From Nautiliaceae bacterium (GTDB lineage: Bacteria; Campylobacterota; Campylobacteria; Campylobacterales; Nautiliaceae): 64,000 nucleotides of DNA. A program made the position numbers and the translations under genes. Within the stretch, counting starts at the first letter, position 1; each line of letters begins with the position of its first letter. The stretch covers positions 1-64,000 of the forward strand of contig JBDONT010000041.1 of NCBI GenBank assembly GCA_039831155.1, in the 5' to 3' direction. This document shows, piece after piece, positions 1 to 9,595 of this stretch. The notes below the pieces were generated by a model. That model did not search any database. It worked only from the letters and a program-made list of their open reading frames with translations, and was not told the origin of the DNA.

Positions 1-51
1 CTTGGAGGTATTATAGGATTTGTGCAGTATTTTATTGTTACTAATATGTAA
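1..51 (+). CDS. 3' end of a membrane protein truncated by the window edge (DUF445-like C-terminus)
   Basis: Frame 1 reads LGGIIGFVQYFIVTNM*. The hydrophobic LGGxIGxxQ end resembles DUF445 proteins; only 16 codons are visible. Confidence 0.35.
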   Translation, partial: LGGIIGFVQYFIVTNM

Positions 52-89
52 TTGTTTTAAGGCATAATTCCCTTAAAAAAAGGGGAATT

Positions 90-431
90 ATGGCAATTAT
101 TAAAGATTATTTTGAAATTATACTTGCCGTTATAATATTTTGCATGATTTTGGTTATGAAATATGATTTTTATCATATATTGGCACTGCTACTTGAACTT
201 ATGGTTATTATTGAAGTTATGCAGATGCTTTTTGTTTTTTTTAAAAAGCAGAGAATTAAAATACGCTTTATGGTTGACGCTTCGATTATTTTCTTTATCA
301 GAGAACTTCTTATTGTGGTTACTACTCATAAGTCTTTAAAAATAGTAATGTTATATGTGGGATTGATTGGAGTGTTTTTCTTTTTTAGGTATTTAGCACT
401 TAATGTGACATATTACGATAACGATAATTAA
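90..431 (+). CDS. Phosphate-starvation-inducible PsiE-like membrane protein
   Basis: 113 aa, about 4 hydrophobic segments, 'I..RF.VDA.I.F..RE.L' pattern of PsiE-like proteins; SD AGGGG upstream. Confidence 0.6.
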   Translation: MAIIKDYFEIILAVIIFCMILVMKYDFYHILALLLELMVIIEVMQMLFVFFKKQRIKIRFMVDASIIFFIRELLIVVTTHKSLKIVMLYVGLIGVFFFFRYLALNVTYYDNDN

Positions 432-553
432 AATCTATAAAATTAACTGATTTTAAGTATCTGTCACCGAAAGGGCAGGAATGTAGATTTTTAATAAATA
501 ATTTTAAGTTTTAAGTAATTAATTTTAAAAAAAGAAAAAGGGAAAAAGAAAAA

Positions 554-3148
554 TTACTGAAGCGTTAAGCTCAGCATTTTTCTTACGTAGTCTTCCGGCA
601 TTGTGTGGAAGTATAGGTAGCTGTATACTTTATCTTCTTTTCCTGCAAGTTTTTTCTCAATTATTTCAAGATACTCTTCTTTTGTTGGAATTCTACCAAG
701 AAGAGCCGTTATCGCTGCAAGTTCTGCACTTCCTAGATAAACTTTTGCGCCTTTACCCATTCTGTTATCAAAGTTTCTTGTAGAAGTTGAGAATACGTTT
801 GCATTATCAGCTACTCTTGCTTGGTTACCCATACAAAGTGAACATCCTGGAATCTCAATTCTAGCTCCAGCTTGTCCGAATATTGCATAGTATCCTTCTT
901 CTGTTAATTGTTCTTTATCCATTTTTGTTGGAGGTGCAATCCATAGTCTAACTGGTACTTGACCTTCACCTTTTAAAATTTCACCAGCAGCTCTATAGTG
1001 ACCGATATTTGTCATACAACTTCCGATAAATACTTCATCAATTTTATGAGGTCTGTTTTTATCTGCCAGTACTTCGCTAATTGTTGCAACGTCATCCGGG
1101 TCGTTTGGACACGCTACGATTGGTTCGGTAATTTCATTTAAATCAATTTCAATTACCGCCGCATATTCAGCGTTTTCATCTCTTCTAAGTAGTTTTGGAT
1201 TTTCTAGCCACTCTTTCATTTTATCAATTCTTCTTTGGATTGTTCTTTTGTCTTCATATCCGGCATCAATCATAGCTTCAAGCATTTTAATGTTTGATTT
1301 TAGGTATTCCGCAACTTGTTCTTCGCTTACGTCAACTGTACAAGCCGCTGCACTTCTTTCTGCACTAGCGTCTGCAAGCTCAAATGCTTGTTCTACTGTT
1401 AGGTTTCTTATGATGTCACCTTCAATTTCAAGGATTCTACCGTTAAAGATATTCTTTTTGTTTTTCTTTTCAACCGTAAGTAGACCTTGTTTAATTGCAA
1501 AATATGGAATTGCGTTAACTAAATCTCTTAAAGTGATTCCAGGCTGAAGCTCACCTTTAAATCTAACAAGTACTGATTCAGGTACGTTTAGAGGCATACT
1601 TCCTGTAACTGCTGCAAATGCTACAAGTCCGCTTCCAGCAGGAAAACTAATACCAATTGGGAACCTTGTATGAGAGTCTCCTCCTGTTCCAAGAGTATCT
1701 GGTAAAATCATTCTATTTAGCCAAGAGTGAATTACACCATCACCCGGTTTTAGTGATACCCCACCTCTAGATGTAATGAATTCTGGAAGTGTGTGATGAA
1801 GTTCGATATCAGCCGGTTTTGGATAAGCAGCTGTATGACAGAAACTTTGCATTACTAAATCTGCATTAAATCCAAGTGCTGCAAGTTCTTTAATCTCATC
1901 TCTTGTCATTGCACCTGTTGTATCTTGACTTCCCACTGTTGTACAAGTAGGCTCAACATACATTCCAGGTCTTACACCTTCCATTCCACACGCTTTACCG
2001 ATTATTTTTTGAGCAAGTGTATATCCTACGCCTTTTTTGTCTTCCGGTTGTTCCGGGCGAGTGAATATATCAGTTTCCGGTTCCATTCCAAGTGATTCTC
2101 TTGCTTTTTTAGTTAGGTTTTTACCGATAATTAAAGGAACTCTACCACCGGCTCTTACTTCATCCGGAAGAGTATTCGGTTTTAGTTTAAATTCACTTAC
2201 AACCTCTCCGTTTTTTAGGATTTTTCCTTCATAAGGTCTGATTTCGATGATATCACCCATTTCAAAATTTTCTACCGGTGCTTCAATCGGAAGTGCTCCT
2301 GCGTCTTCACATGTATTGAAGAAAATTGGAGCAATTACCCCACCGATTACAACACCACCTCTTTTTTTATTCGGAACGTATGGAATTTCTTCACCGATAT
2401 GCCAAATTACGCTGTTTGCGGCAGATTTTCTACTACTTCCTGTACCAACTACATCACCTACGAATGCTACCGGAAGACCTGTTTTTTTAAGTTCTTGGAT
2501 TTTTTCGATTGCATCCGGCATTTTTGCTTTTAGCATACTAAGTGCGTGAAGTGGAATATCACTTCTTGTAAATGCTTCGCTTGCCGGAGATAAATCATCT
2601 GTGTTTGTTTCACCAGGTACTCTAAATACTACTGCTTTAATTGATTCCGGTAGAGGTTTTTTAGAAGTAAACCACTCAGCGTTTGCCCAGCTTTCCATTA
2701 CTTCTTGAGCATATTTGTTTCCGGCTTTTGCAAGTTCTTCTACGTCGTGGAACATATCGTATACAAGTAGAGTATTTTTAAGTTGGTTTGCAGCTTCTTT
2801 AGCTACTTCTTCGTCTTCATGGCTTAACGCGTCGATTAGAGGTTTTACGTTGTATCCACCAAGCATAGTACCTAAAATTTCAACCGCTCTTTTTTTAGAA
2901 ATAGCAGGAGATGAAGTTTTACCCTGAACGATATCGTTTAAAAATGCGGCTTTTACATATGCAGCGTCATCAACACCGGGATTGATGTGATTTAAGAATA
3001 AATCCATTAAATATTCTTCTTCCGGAATCGGAACCATTTTAAGTAGTTCTACAAGTTCAGCCGTTTGTTTAGCTGTAAGTGGTAATGGAGGAATTCCAAG
3101 TTTTGCTCTCTCTTCAGTGTGTTTTTTGTATTCTTCAATGAAGCTCAT
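554..3148 (-). CDS. acnB: Aconitate hydratase B
   Basis: 864 aa; N-terminal HEAT-like domain ([10 protein letters not shown]), [41 protein letters not shown]. Confidence 0.98.
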   Translation of the reverse strand: MSFIEEYKKHTEERAKLGIPPLPLTAKQTAELVELLKMVPIPEEEYLMDLFLNHINPGVDDAAYVKAAFLNDIVQGKTSSPAISKKRAVEILGTMLGGYNVKPLIDALSHEDEEVAKEAANQLKNTLLVYDMFHDVEELAKAGNKYAQEVMESWANAEWFTSKKPLPESIKAVVFRVPGETNTDDLSPASEAFTRSDIPLHALSMLKAKMPDAIEKIQELKKTGLPVAFVGDVVGTGSSRKSAANSVIWHIGEEIPYVPNKKRGGVVIGGVIAPIFFNTCEDAGALPIEAPVENFEMGDIIEIRPYEGKILKNGEVVSEFKLKPNTLPDEVRAGGRVPLIIGKNLTKKARESLGMEPETDIFTRPEQPEDKKGVGYTLAQKIIGKACGMEGVRPGMYVEPTCTTVGSQDTTGAMTRDEIKELAALGFNADLVMQSFCHTAAYPKPADIELHHTLPEFITSRGGVSLKPGDGVIHSWLNRMILPDTLGTGGDSHTRFPIGISFPAGSGLVAFAAVTGSMPLNVPESVLVRFKGELQPGITLRDLVNAIPYFAIKQGLLTVEKKNKKNIFNGRILEIEGDIIRNLTVEQAFELADASAERSAAACTVDVSEEQVAEYLKSNIKMLEAMIDAGYEDKRTIQRRIDKMKEWLENPKLLRRDENAEYAAVIEIDLNEITEPIVACPNDPDDVATISEVLADKNRPHKIDEVFIGSCMTNIGHYRAAGEILKGEGQVPVRLWIAPPTKMDKEQLTEEGYYAIFGQAGARIEIPGCSLCMGNQARVADNANVFSTSTRNFDNRMGKGAKVYLGSAELAAITALLGRIPTKEEYLEIIEKKLAGKEDKVYSYLYFHTMPEDYVRKMLSLTLQ

Positions 3149-3268
3149 GAGAATCCTTTTTTGTTTGAATTATAACTCTAAATTTTACGAATTGTGACAC
3201 AAAACGCATTATTAAATAAAGATGTGTGTGAAAACGTAACATTTAAAAAAAAATCCCCTTATAAAATG

Positions 3269-3277
3269 TGATATAAT
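3269..3277 (+). promoter_or_regulatory. Extended -10 sigma-70 promoter for the kdsD operon
   Basis: TGATATAAT (TGnTATAAT) 19 nt before the GTG start at 3297. Confidence 0.6.
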
Positions 3278-3296
3278 TACATTAAAAAGGTAAAAA

Positions 3297-4241
3297 GTGG
3301 ATTTTGAAAAAATTGCTAAAGAAGTTCTTGAGATAGAGGCGAACGAGCTTTTAAAAGCCGATGTAAAAGGTATAAAAAAAGCGATTGAAATAGCATATAA
3401 CACAAAAGGTAAATTAATAGTAACCGGTGTTGGGAAATCCGGGCTAATCGGTTCAAAAATTGCCGCAACCCTTGCAAGTACCGGGACTCCTAGTTTTTTT
3501 ATACATCCAACAGAAGCACTTCACGGAGACCTTGGAATGATTACTAAAAACGATAGCGTTTTGGCTATTAGTTATTCCGGAGAAAGTGAAGAACTTATTA
3601 AAATTTTACCTCATATCAAAAGATTTGAAGTGCCTTTAATAGCAATGACCGGAAAAAAAGAGTCTACTTTAGCAAAATACGCAGATTGTGTTTTGAATAT
3701 TCACGTAAATAAAGAAGCCTGCCCGCTTAACGTAGCCCCTACAAGCTCAACGACGCTAACTCTTGCTATGGGAGATGCTTTAGCCGTATGTCTTATGAAA
3801 AAAAGAAATTTTACAAAAGAGGATTTCGCTTCGTTTCATCCGGGAGGAAGTCTTGGTAAGAGGCTTTTTGTAAAAGTTAAAGACTTAATGAAAACCTCTT
3901 TTCCTGTTGCAGATGAGAATGACTCTTTAAAAGATGCGATTATTAAAATGACCGAAGGGAAGCTGGGACACGTTTTGTTTTTGGAAGGCAATAAAATAAA
4001 GGCTATTTTAAGCGACGGTGACCTTAGACGTGCGATGATGAGTGAAGGATTTGATTTGGAAAAAAAAGCGATAGAATTTGCAACGAAAAATCCAAAAACA
4101 ATATCTCAAGAACTTTTGGCAAGCGATGCTTTAAAATTTATGGAAGATAATAAAATTCAGTTTTTACCGGTTGTTAACGACAACAAAGAAGTAATAGGCG
4201 TTATACATATACACGATTTGGTAGAAGCCGGAATAAAATAA
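3297..4241 (+). CDS. kdsD: KpsF/GutQ family arabinose-5-phosphate isomerase
   Basis: SIS domain (GVGKSG, HPTEALHGDLG, APTSSTT, HPGGSLG) plus a CBS pair. Confidence 0.92.
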   Translation: MDFEKIAKEVLEIEANELLKADVKGIKKAIEIAYNTKGKLIVTGVGKSGLIGSKIAATLASTGTPSFFIHPTEALHGDLGMITKNDSVLAISYSGESEELIKILPHIKRFEVPLIAMTGKKESTLAKYADCVLNIHVNKEACPLNVAPTSSTTLTLAMGDALAVCLMKKRNFTKEDFASFHPGGSLGKRLFVKVKDLMKTSFPVADENDSLKDAIIKMTEGKLGHVLFLEGNKIKAILSDGDLRRAMMSEGFDLEKKAIEFATKNPKTISQELLASDALKFMEDNKIQFLPVVNDNKEVIGVIHIHDLVEAGIK

Positions 4242-4251
4242 AGGAAAGAAA

Positions 4252-5010
4252 ATGAGATTAAACAAATTTATAAGTCATCATACGACTTATTCAAGACGTG
4301 AGGCCGATAAGTTGATTTTTGATGGAAAAGTAAAAGTTAACGGAAGGGTTATTAAAGAACCGGGCTTTGAAGTGGAAGACGGAGATAAAGTAGCCGTAAA
4401 CGGCAAACCGGTTAAAAAAAGTACAAAATACACTTGTATTGTTTATAATAAACCAAGAGGTGAGCTTGTAACCAAAAAAGACGACAGAGGAAGAAAAACT
4501 ATTTATGATTCTCTTTCTAAAAAATACAGACATTTTATACCGGTTGGAAGACTCGATTTTAACAGTGAGGGGCTTTTAATATTAACTGACTCTCCAAAAG
4601 TCGCCCACGCTCTTATGAATTCGGATTTGCCTAGGGTTTATAAGCTGAAAATTAAAGGTGAAGTGACAGAAGAGATGATAAAAGCTATGCAAGAGGGTGT
4701 GGAAGTCGGAGAAGAGGGGGCACACGAAGAGAGTGAAATTAAAAAAATGAAACTAAAACCTTTTTTAAGTGCTCAAATTATTAAAAATTCCCCGAAATAT
4801 TCTACTCTTAAAGTTGCGATAGGAGAAGGTAAAAATAGAGAACTTCGTAGGTTTTTTGCAAACTTTGGAAGTGAGGTTTTGGATTTAAAAAGGCTATCTT
4901 ACGGCTGGATAAGTCTAAACGCTTTGCCAACAGGTAAAACAAGATATTTCGATAAAAGAGAATATAAACTTTTAAAAGAGTTTTTAAATAAATATTCAAA
5001 GGAGAAATAA
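4252..5010 (+). CDS. rRNA pseudouridine synthase (RluB/RsuA family)
   Basis: S4 domain (RLNKFI, SRREAD), GRLD catalytic motif, EGKNRELRR. Confidence 0.9.
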   Translation: MRLNKFISHHTTYSRREADKLIFDGKVKVNGRVIKEPGFEVEDGDKVAVNGKPVKKSTKYTCIVYNKPRGELVTKKDDRGRKTIYDSLSKKYRHFIPVGRLDFNSEGLLILTDSPKVAHALMNSDLPRVYKLKIKGEVTEEMIKAMQEGVEVGEEGAHEESEIKKMKLKPFLSAQIIKNSPKYSTLKVAIGEGKNRELRRFFANFGSEVLDLKRLSYGWISLNALPTGKTRYFDKREYKLLKEFLNKYSKEK

Positions 5011-5396
5011 TGCAACAACTTACTTTCAAAACAAATTATAAATCCGAAATTATAAATATTACCGAAGAAGTAAAAGAAGCCGTTATAAAAAGTGGGGTAA
5101 AAAATGGAATAGTGACTGTGTTTTGTCCTCACTCCACTGCTAGTGTTATTATTTTTGAAAAAAGCGATGCAGTGTTAAAAAGAGATTTATTAGGGATGTT
5201 AAAAGAGATAGTTCCTATGAAAGAGTATTCCCACTCAAACGCAAGAGCTCATTTAAAAGCCGCTTTTTTAAGAAGTAATTTAACGCTTATCGTTGATAAT
5301 GCAAAAGTGCTATTAGGAGATTGGCAAGATATATTTTTGGTTGAATTTGACGGACCAAGAGAGAGGAAAATTTTGATAAAGGCTGTAAATGGTTAG
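5010..5396 (+). CDS. YjbQ/UPF0047 family protein
   Basis: PHSTA, NARAHLKA, LGDWQDIFLVEFDGPRER motifs. Confidence 0.9.
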   Translation: MQQLTFKTNYKSEIINITEEVKEAVIKSGVKNGIVTVFCPHSTASVIIFEKSDAVLKRDLLGMLKEIVPMKEYSHSNARAHLKAAFLRSNLTLIVDNAKVLLGDWQDIFLVEFDGPRERKILIKAVNG

Positions 5397-7005
5397 CCCG
5401 GTTATAGTTGTTATTGCACTTTTATTTATTGCACTTAGTTTTAATATTCCATTTGCAAGGTATAAAATTCCTCCGATTATAGGATATATTTTTACTGGTG
5501 TTATTGTAAGCAATATTTTTCATATAGATAAACATACAATAGAGCTTATTGCCGAAATGGGAATTGTATTTTTGATGTTTATGATAGGGCTTGAGTTTTC
5601 TCCCGAAAAACTTAAGTCTATGAAAAAAGAGGTATTTGGATTCGGTATAGCTGAAATAATGCTTGTTGGTGGTGTCTTTGGACTGTTCTTTTGGCTTGTA
5701 CTGGATGTGGATGTTAGGATAGCTTTTATTATAGGAAGTGCCATAGCACTTAGTTCTACGGCTATTGTCCTTAAACTTTTAAATGAAAACAGGGAAATTT
5801 CAAAACCTTACGGAAGAATTTCGCTTGGAATTTTACTTTTTCAGGATATTGCAGTAATTCCTATTTTAATAGCGATATCTATTATTGTTAATAAGGATGC
5901 AGATTTTACCCAGCTTATTCTAAAAACATTAAGTGGATTTATAGCTTTGGGGGCTTTTATTTGGATATACGGAAAATATATAGCACCTTTTATTATTTCA
6001 CAGGCGACAAAAACAAAATCGGATGAAATTTTTATAGCAACTGTTTTGTTGGTTGTTTTAACGGCAGCAGAAACGGCTCATTTTTTCGGACTTAGTTATT
6101 CTCTAGGGGCATTTTTAGCCGGTATGATTTTGAGTGAGACTAAGTATAAATATCAAATTGAAGCCGACTTGGTTCCTTTTAGAGATATTTTACTAGGAGT
6201 TTTTTTTATTTCCGTAGGTTTAATGGTAAATATTAATTTTGTAATTCATAATATCTTTTCAATTTTGCTAATGACAGTTGGTTTTATGCTTGTTAAAGCA
6301 TTGGTTATTTATTTAATGCTTAAATTCTTTGTAAAGCATAATCGTGTGGCAATTAAGAGTGCTTTTACTCTTTCTCAAATAGGTGAATTTGCTTTTGTAA
6401 TTTTTGCTCTTATGAGCAGACACAATTTAGTAGATAACTCTTTACTTCAAAAACTGGTGGTTGTAACTGTTATTTCTATGGTACTTACTCCTTTTATAAT
6501 CAGATATATTTATAAAATTGCAGATATCTTTGATAAAGATAAGCAGAGTTTCGAAGAGTTTGAAGTTGTGCCGGCTGAAGTGAGTGGACATATTATATTG
6601 ATAGGGTATGATAAAATAGGGAAAAGGGTGGCAAAAAAACTTACAAATGCAGGAGTGCCTTATATTGCAATTGACAAGCAGATAGAAGAGGTTAAAAGTG
6701 GACTTGAAAACGGAGATAATGTAATATTCGGTAACGCCGCTAATAGAAAAGTTTTGGAAAGTCTGGACGTTCAAAATGCTTCGGCGGTTATCATATCTAC
6801 ACAAAATGAAGAACATACACGATTAATTACACAAAACTTACTTGATATTAACCGAAATTTGAATATAATTGTACTCTCCGATTTAGAAAAGGAGAAAGAA
6901 TTTGATACGTCTTGTAACGTATATGTGGTGAATAAAAGTAAGGAATTGGCAGAACAGTTGGCACGAATCGCTTTAAAATTAACTAAAAGGAGAAGAAATG
7001 GTTAA
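5389..7005 (+). CDS. CPA2 cation:proton antiporter with TrkA-N domain (KefB/KefC-like)
   Basis: About 12 TM segments, GILLFQD, LSQIGEFAFV, C-terminal KTN/RCK domain. Confidence 0.9.
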   Translation: MVSPVIVVIALLFIALSFNIPFARYKIPPIIGYIFTGVIVSNIFHIDKHTIELIAEMGIVFLMFMIGLEFSPEKLKSMKKEVFGFGIAEIMLVGGVFGLFFWLVLDVDVRIAFIIGSAIALSSTAIVLKLLNENREISKPYGRISLGILLFQDIAVIPILIAISIIVNKDADFTQLILKTLSGFIALGAFIWIYGKYIAPFIISQATKTKSDEIFIATVLLVVLTAAETAHFFGLSYSLGAFLAGMILSETKYKYQIEADLVPFRDILLGVFFISVGLMVNINFVIHNIFSILLMTVGFMLVKALVIYLMLKFFVKHNRVAIKSAFTLSQIGEFAFVIFALMSRHNLVDNSLLQKLVVVTVISMVLTPFIIRYIYKIADIFDKDKQSFEEFEVVPAEVSGHIILIGYDKIGKRVAKKLTNAGVPYIAIDKQIEEVKSGLENGDNVIFGNAANRKVLESLDVQNASAVIISTQNEEHTRLITQNLLDINRNLNIIVLSDLEKEKEFDTSCNVYVVNKSKELAEQLARIALKLTKRRRNG

Positions 7006-7810
7006 AAAAGCACTTTTCCCGGCGGCGGGTTACGGTACTAGATTCTTACCGGCTACAAAATCGGTACCAAAAGAGATGTTACCTATAGTAAACAAACCTT
7101 TAATTCATTACGGGATAGTGGAATGTATGAATGCGGGGATATTCGAAATGGGGTTCGTTACCGGAAGAAATAAACGTTCGATTATAGATTATTTAGATTA
7201 CAATCCGGAACTTGAAGGTAAAATCAAAGGAACAAGTAAAGAACAACTATTAAAAGAAACTATGGAAATGATTAGTAAGTGCACGTTTACTTACGTCAGA
7301 CAAAAAGAGATGTTAGGATTAGGTCATGCTGTTTTAACGGGGGAACCTTTAATAGGAAACAATCCTTTTGCAGTGATATTAGCGGACGACTTATGCGAAG
7401 GCGAAGTTATGTCCCAAATGGTAAAACTTTATAATAAATATAAATGCTCTATTATAGCTATAGAAGAAGTACCTAAAGAGGAAGTTGACAAATACGGAGT
7501 TATTAAAGGGAAAAAAATAGAAGAAGGCGTATTTTTAGTAGAAGATATGGTTGAAAAACCTGAACCTAATAAAGCTCCTAGCAACTTAGCGATTATCGGT
7601 AGATATATTTTAACACCGGATATTTTCGATTTATTAAGAGTGACAAAACCTGGAAAAGGTGGAGAAATTCAATTAACCGACGCACTTTTAAGACAAGCGA
7701 AAGAGGGAATGGTAATTGCTTATAAATTTAAAGGAAAAAGATTCGATTGCGGTAGCGTAAAAGGTTTCGTAGAAGCTACGAACTATTTTTATAATAAGGA
7801 ATTTAAATAA
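6998..7810 (+). CDS. galU: UTP--glucose-1-phosphate uridylyltransferase
   Basis: PAAGYGTRFLPATKSVPKEMLP, GLGHAV, VEKP, GEIQLTDA. Confidence 0.96.
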   Translation: MVKKALFPAAGYGTRFLPATKSVPKEMLPIVNKPLIHYGIVECMNAGIFEMGFVTGRNKRSIIDYLDYNPELEGKIKGTSKEQLLKETMEMISKCTFTYVRQKEMLGLGHAVLTGEPLIGNNPFAVILADDLCEGEVMSQMVKLYNKYKCSIIAIEEVPKEEVDKYGVIKGKKIEEGVFLVEDMVEKPEPNKAPSNLAIIGRYILTPDIFDLLRVTKPGKGGEIQLTDALLRQAKEGMVIAYKFKGKRFDCGSVKGFVEATNYFYNKEFK

Positions 7811-9582
7811 TGTGTGGAATTGTTGGGTGTATTAATATTAATAATCCACAAAAATTTTTAATAGAGGGATTAAGAGAGTTGGAGTATAGAGGATACGATA
7901 GTGCCGGTGTGGCTTTAATGGATAAAAACGAATTAAAAGTAGTTAAAGCCGTAGGTAAACTTAAAAATTTAGAATCTAAACTAAAAAAACTCTCTTTTTC
8001 CGACCCTTTTTCGGGTATAGGTCATACCAGATGGGCGACTCACGGTAAACCTACAGAAATTAACGCTCATCCTCATATAGGAAAATTTAGTGCGGTAGTC
8101 CATAACGGGATTATCGAAAATTATCAAGAAATTAAAAAATTTTTAGAAGAAAAAAACATTGAATTTATTTCTCAAACCGATACGGAAGTAATTGTAAAAC
8201 TCTTTGAATTTTATTATGAAAACTCCTCTTTAGAAGCTTTTAAAAAAGTATTGGAAAAAATAAAAGGAGCTTATGCCGTTTTACTTATAACTAAAAAAGA
8301 ACCTAATAAAATATTTTTTGTAAAAAAAGGTTCGCCTCTTATTATAGCTAAAAATGAAAAAGGAGTCTTTTTTGCATCTTCGGACGCTCCTTTAATCGGA
8401 TATGCAAAAAAAGCTCATTACTTAGAAGATGAAGAGTGGGGATATGTGGAGGATGATAAAATTTTTCTATATCATAACGATAAATTAATTTCTCCTTCTT
8501 TTAAAGAACTGCCTTGTGATAAAGAATCGGCTAAAAAGCAAGGTTTTAGATTTTATATGGAAAAAGAGATTTATGAACAATACGACGTATTAAAAGAAAC
8601 CGTATTAGGTAGAAATACTATTAACGGAATAAAATTCGATGAGCTTGATAGAAAATTTTTTGAGGGTATTGATAATATTATAATAAGTGCTTGCGGGACT
8701 AGTTATCACGCTGGGCTTGTGGGTAAATATTTGCTTGAAAGGGATGCAAAAATTAGGACGAATGTGGAAGTGGCGAGCGAACTTAGATATCGTGAACCGT
8801 TTTTAAGCAAAAATACTCTTTTTATCGTTATTTCTCAAAGCGGAGAGACTGCAGATACGCTAGAGACTCTTAAAATGGCAAAAAAAGCCGGACTTAAAAC
8901 ATTGGCTCTTTGTAATGTGGATAATTCTTCTATCGTAAGAGAAGCTGATAAAACTATTCTTTTAAGAGCTGGGATTGAAAAGGGGGTGGCTTCGACAAAA
9001 GCGTTTGCCACACAAGTTATGACCCTTTGGATGCTTAGTAACTATTTAGCCGGTAAGAATGAGTACGAAGCTATAAATGAAGCTATTGAAGCGGTAAAAG
9101 TCGACGGAGCTTTACATGAGAAAATAAAAAGATTATCTAAAAGATACTTGCATGGACACGGCTTTTTCTTTATAGGAAGGGATGTTTTTTATCCTTTGGC
9201 ACTTGAGGGTGCGTTAAAACTTAAAGAAATAAGTTATATTCACGCAGAAGGGTATCCGGCAGGAGAGATGAAACACGGTCCTATTGCTTTGGCTGACCCG
9301 GAGCTTTTTGTGGTGGCACTTCTTAGTAAAAATATTCTTTTTGAAAAAACAAAATCAAACATAGAAGAGCTTGCCAGCAGAGATGCTACTATTTTAACTA
9401 TTTCCAGCGAATATATAGAAATGACTGATGATTTTATAAAAATTAGTGATACGAATCATCCTATGGTAGAATTTTTTGAGATGATGATAGTCACTCAATT
9501 ATTAGCACTAGAAGTTGCCATTAGAATGGGGAATGATGTAGATATGCCAAGAAATTTAGCCAAATCCGTAACGGTTGAATAA
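7810..9582 (+). CDS. glmS: Glutamine--fructose-6-phosphate aminotransferase (isomerizing)
   Basis: N-terminal MCGIVG, GHTRWATHG, SQSGETADT, C-terminal PRNLAKSVTVE. Confidence 0.97.
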   Translation: MCGIVGCININNPQKFLIEGLRELEYRGYDSAGVALMDKNELKVVKAVGKLKNLESKLKKLSFSDPFSGIGHTRWATHGKPTEINAHPHIGKFSAVVHNGIIENYQEIKKFLEEKNIEFISQTDTEVIVKLFEFYYENSSLEAFKKVLEKIKGAYAVLLITKKEPNKIFFVKKGSPLIIAKNEKGVFFASSDAPLIGYAKKAHYLEDEEWGYVEDDKIFLYHNDKLISPSFKELPCDKESAKKQGFRFYMEKEIYEQYDVLKETVLGRNTINGIKFDELDRKFFEGIDNIIISACGTSYHAGLVGKYLLERDAKIRTNVEVASELRYREPFLSKNTLFIVISQSGETADTLETLKMAKKAGLKTLALCNVDNSSIVREADKTILLRAGIEKGVASTKAFATQVMTLWMLSNYLAGKNEYEAINEAIEAVKVDGALHEKIKRLSKRYLHGHGFFFIGRDVFYPLALEGALKLKEISYIHAEGYPAGEMKHGPIALADPELFVVALLSKNILFEKTKSNIEELASRDATILTISSEYIEMTDDFIKISDTNHPMVEFFEMMIVTQLLALEVAIRMGNDVDMPRNLAKSVTVE

Positions 9583-9595
9583 GGACTTAAAAAAT

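Noticed and set aside
431-490. Hammerhead ribozyme or c-di-GMP riboswitch
   Set aside because: CTGA and GAAA are present, but the CUGANGA core and GEMM conserved bases are not; it also lies between two 3' ends.
3267-3282. CRP/FNR box upstream of kdsD
   Set aside because: TGTGA is followed by TTACA at the wrong spacing; it is better explained as an extended -10 element.
7780-7812. glmS ribozyme or leader
   Set aside because: The glmS start overlaps the galU stop, so there is no leader sequence.
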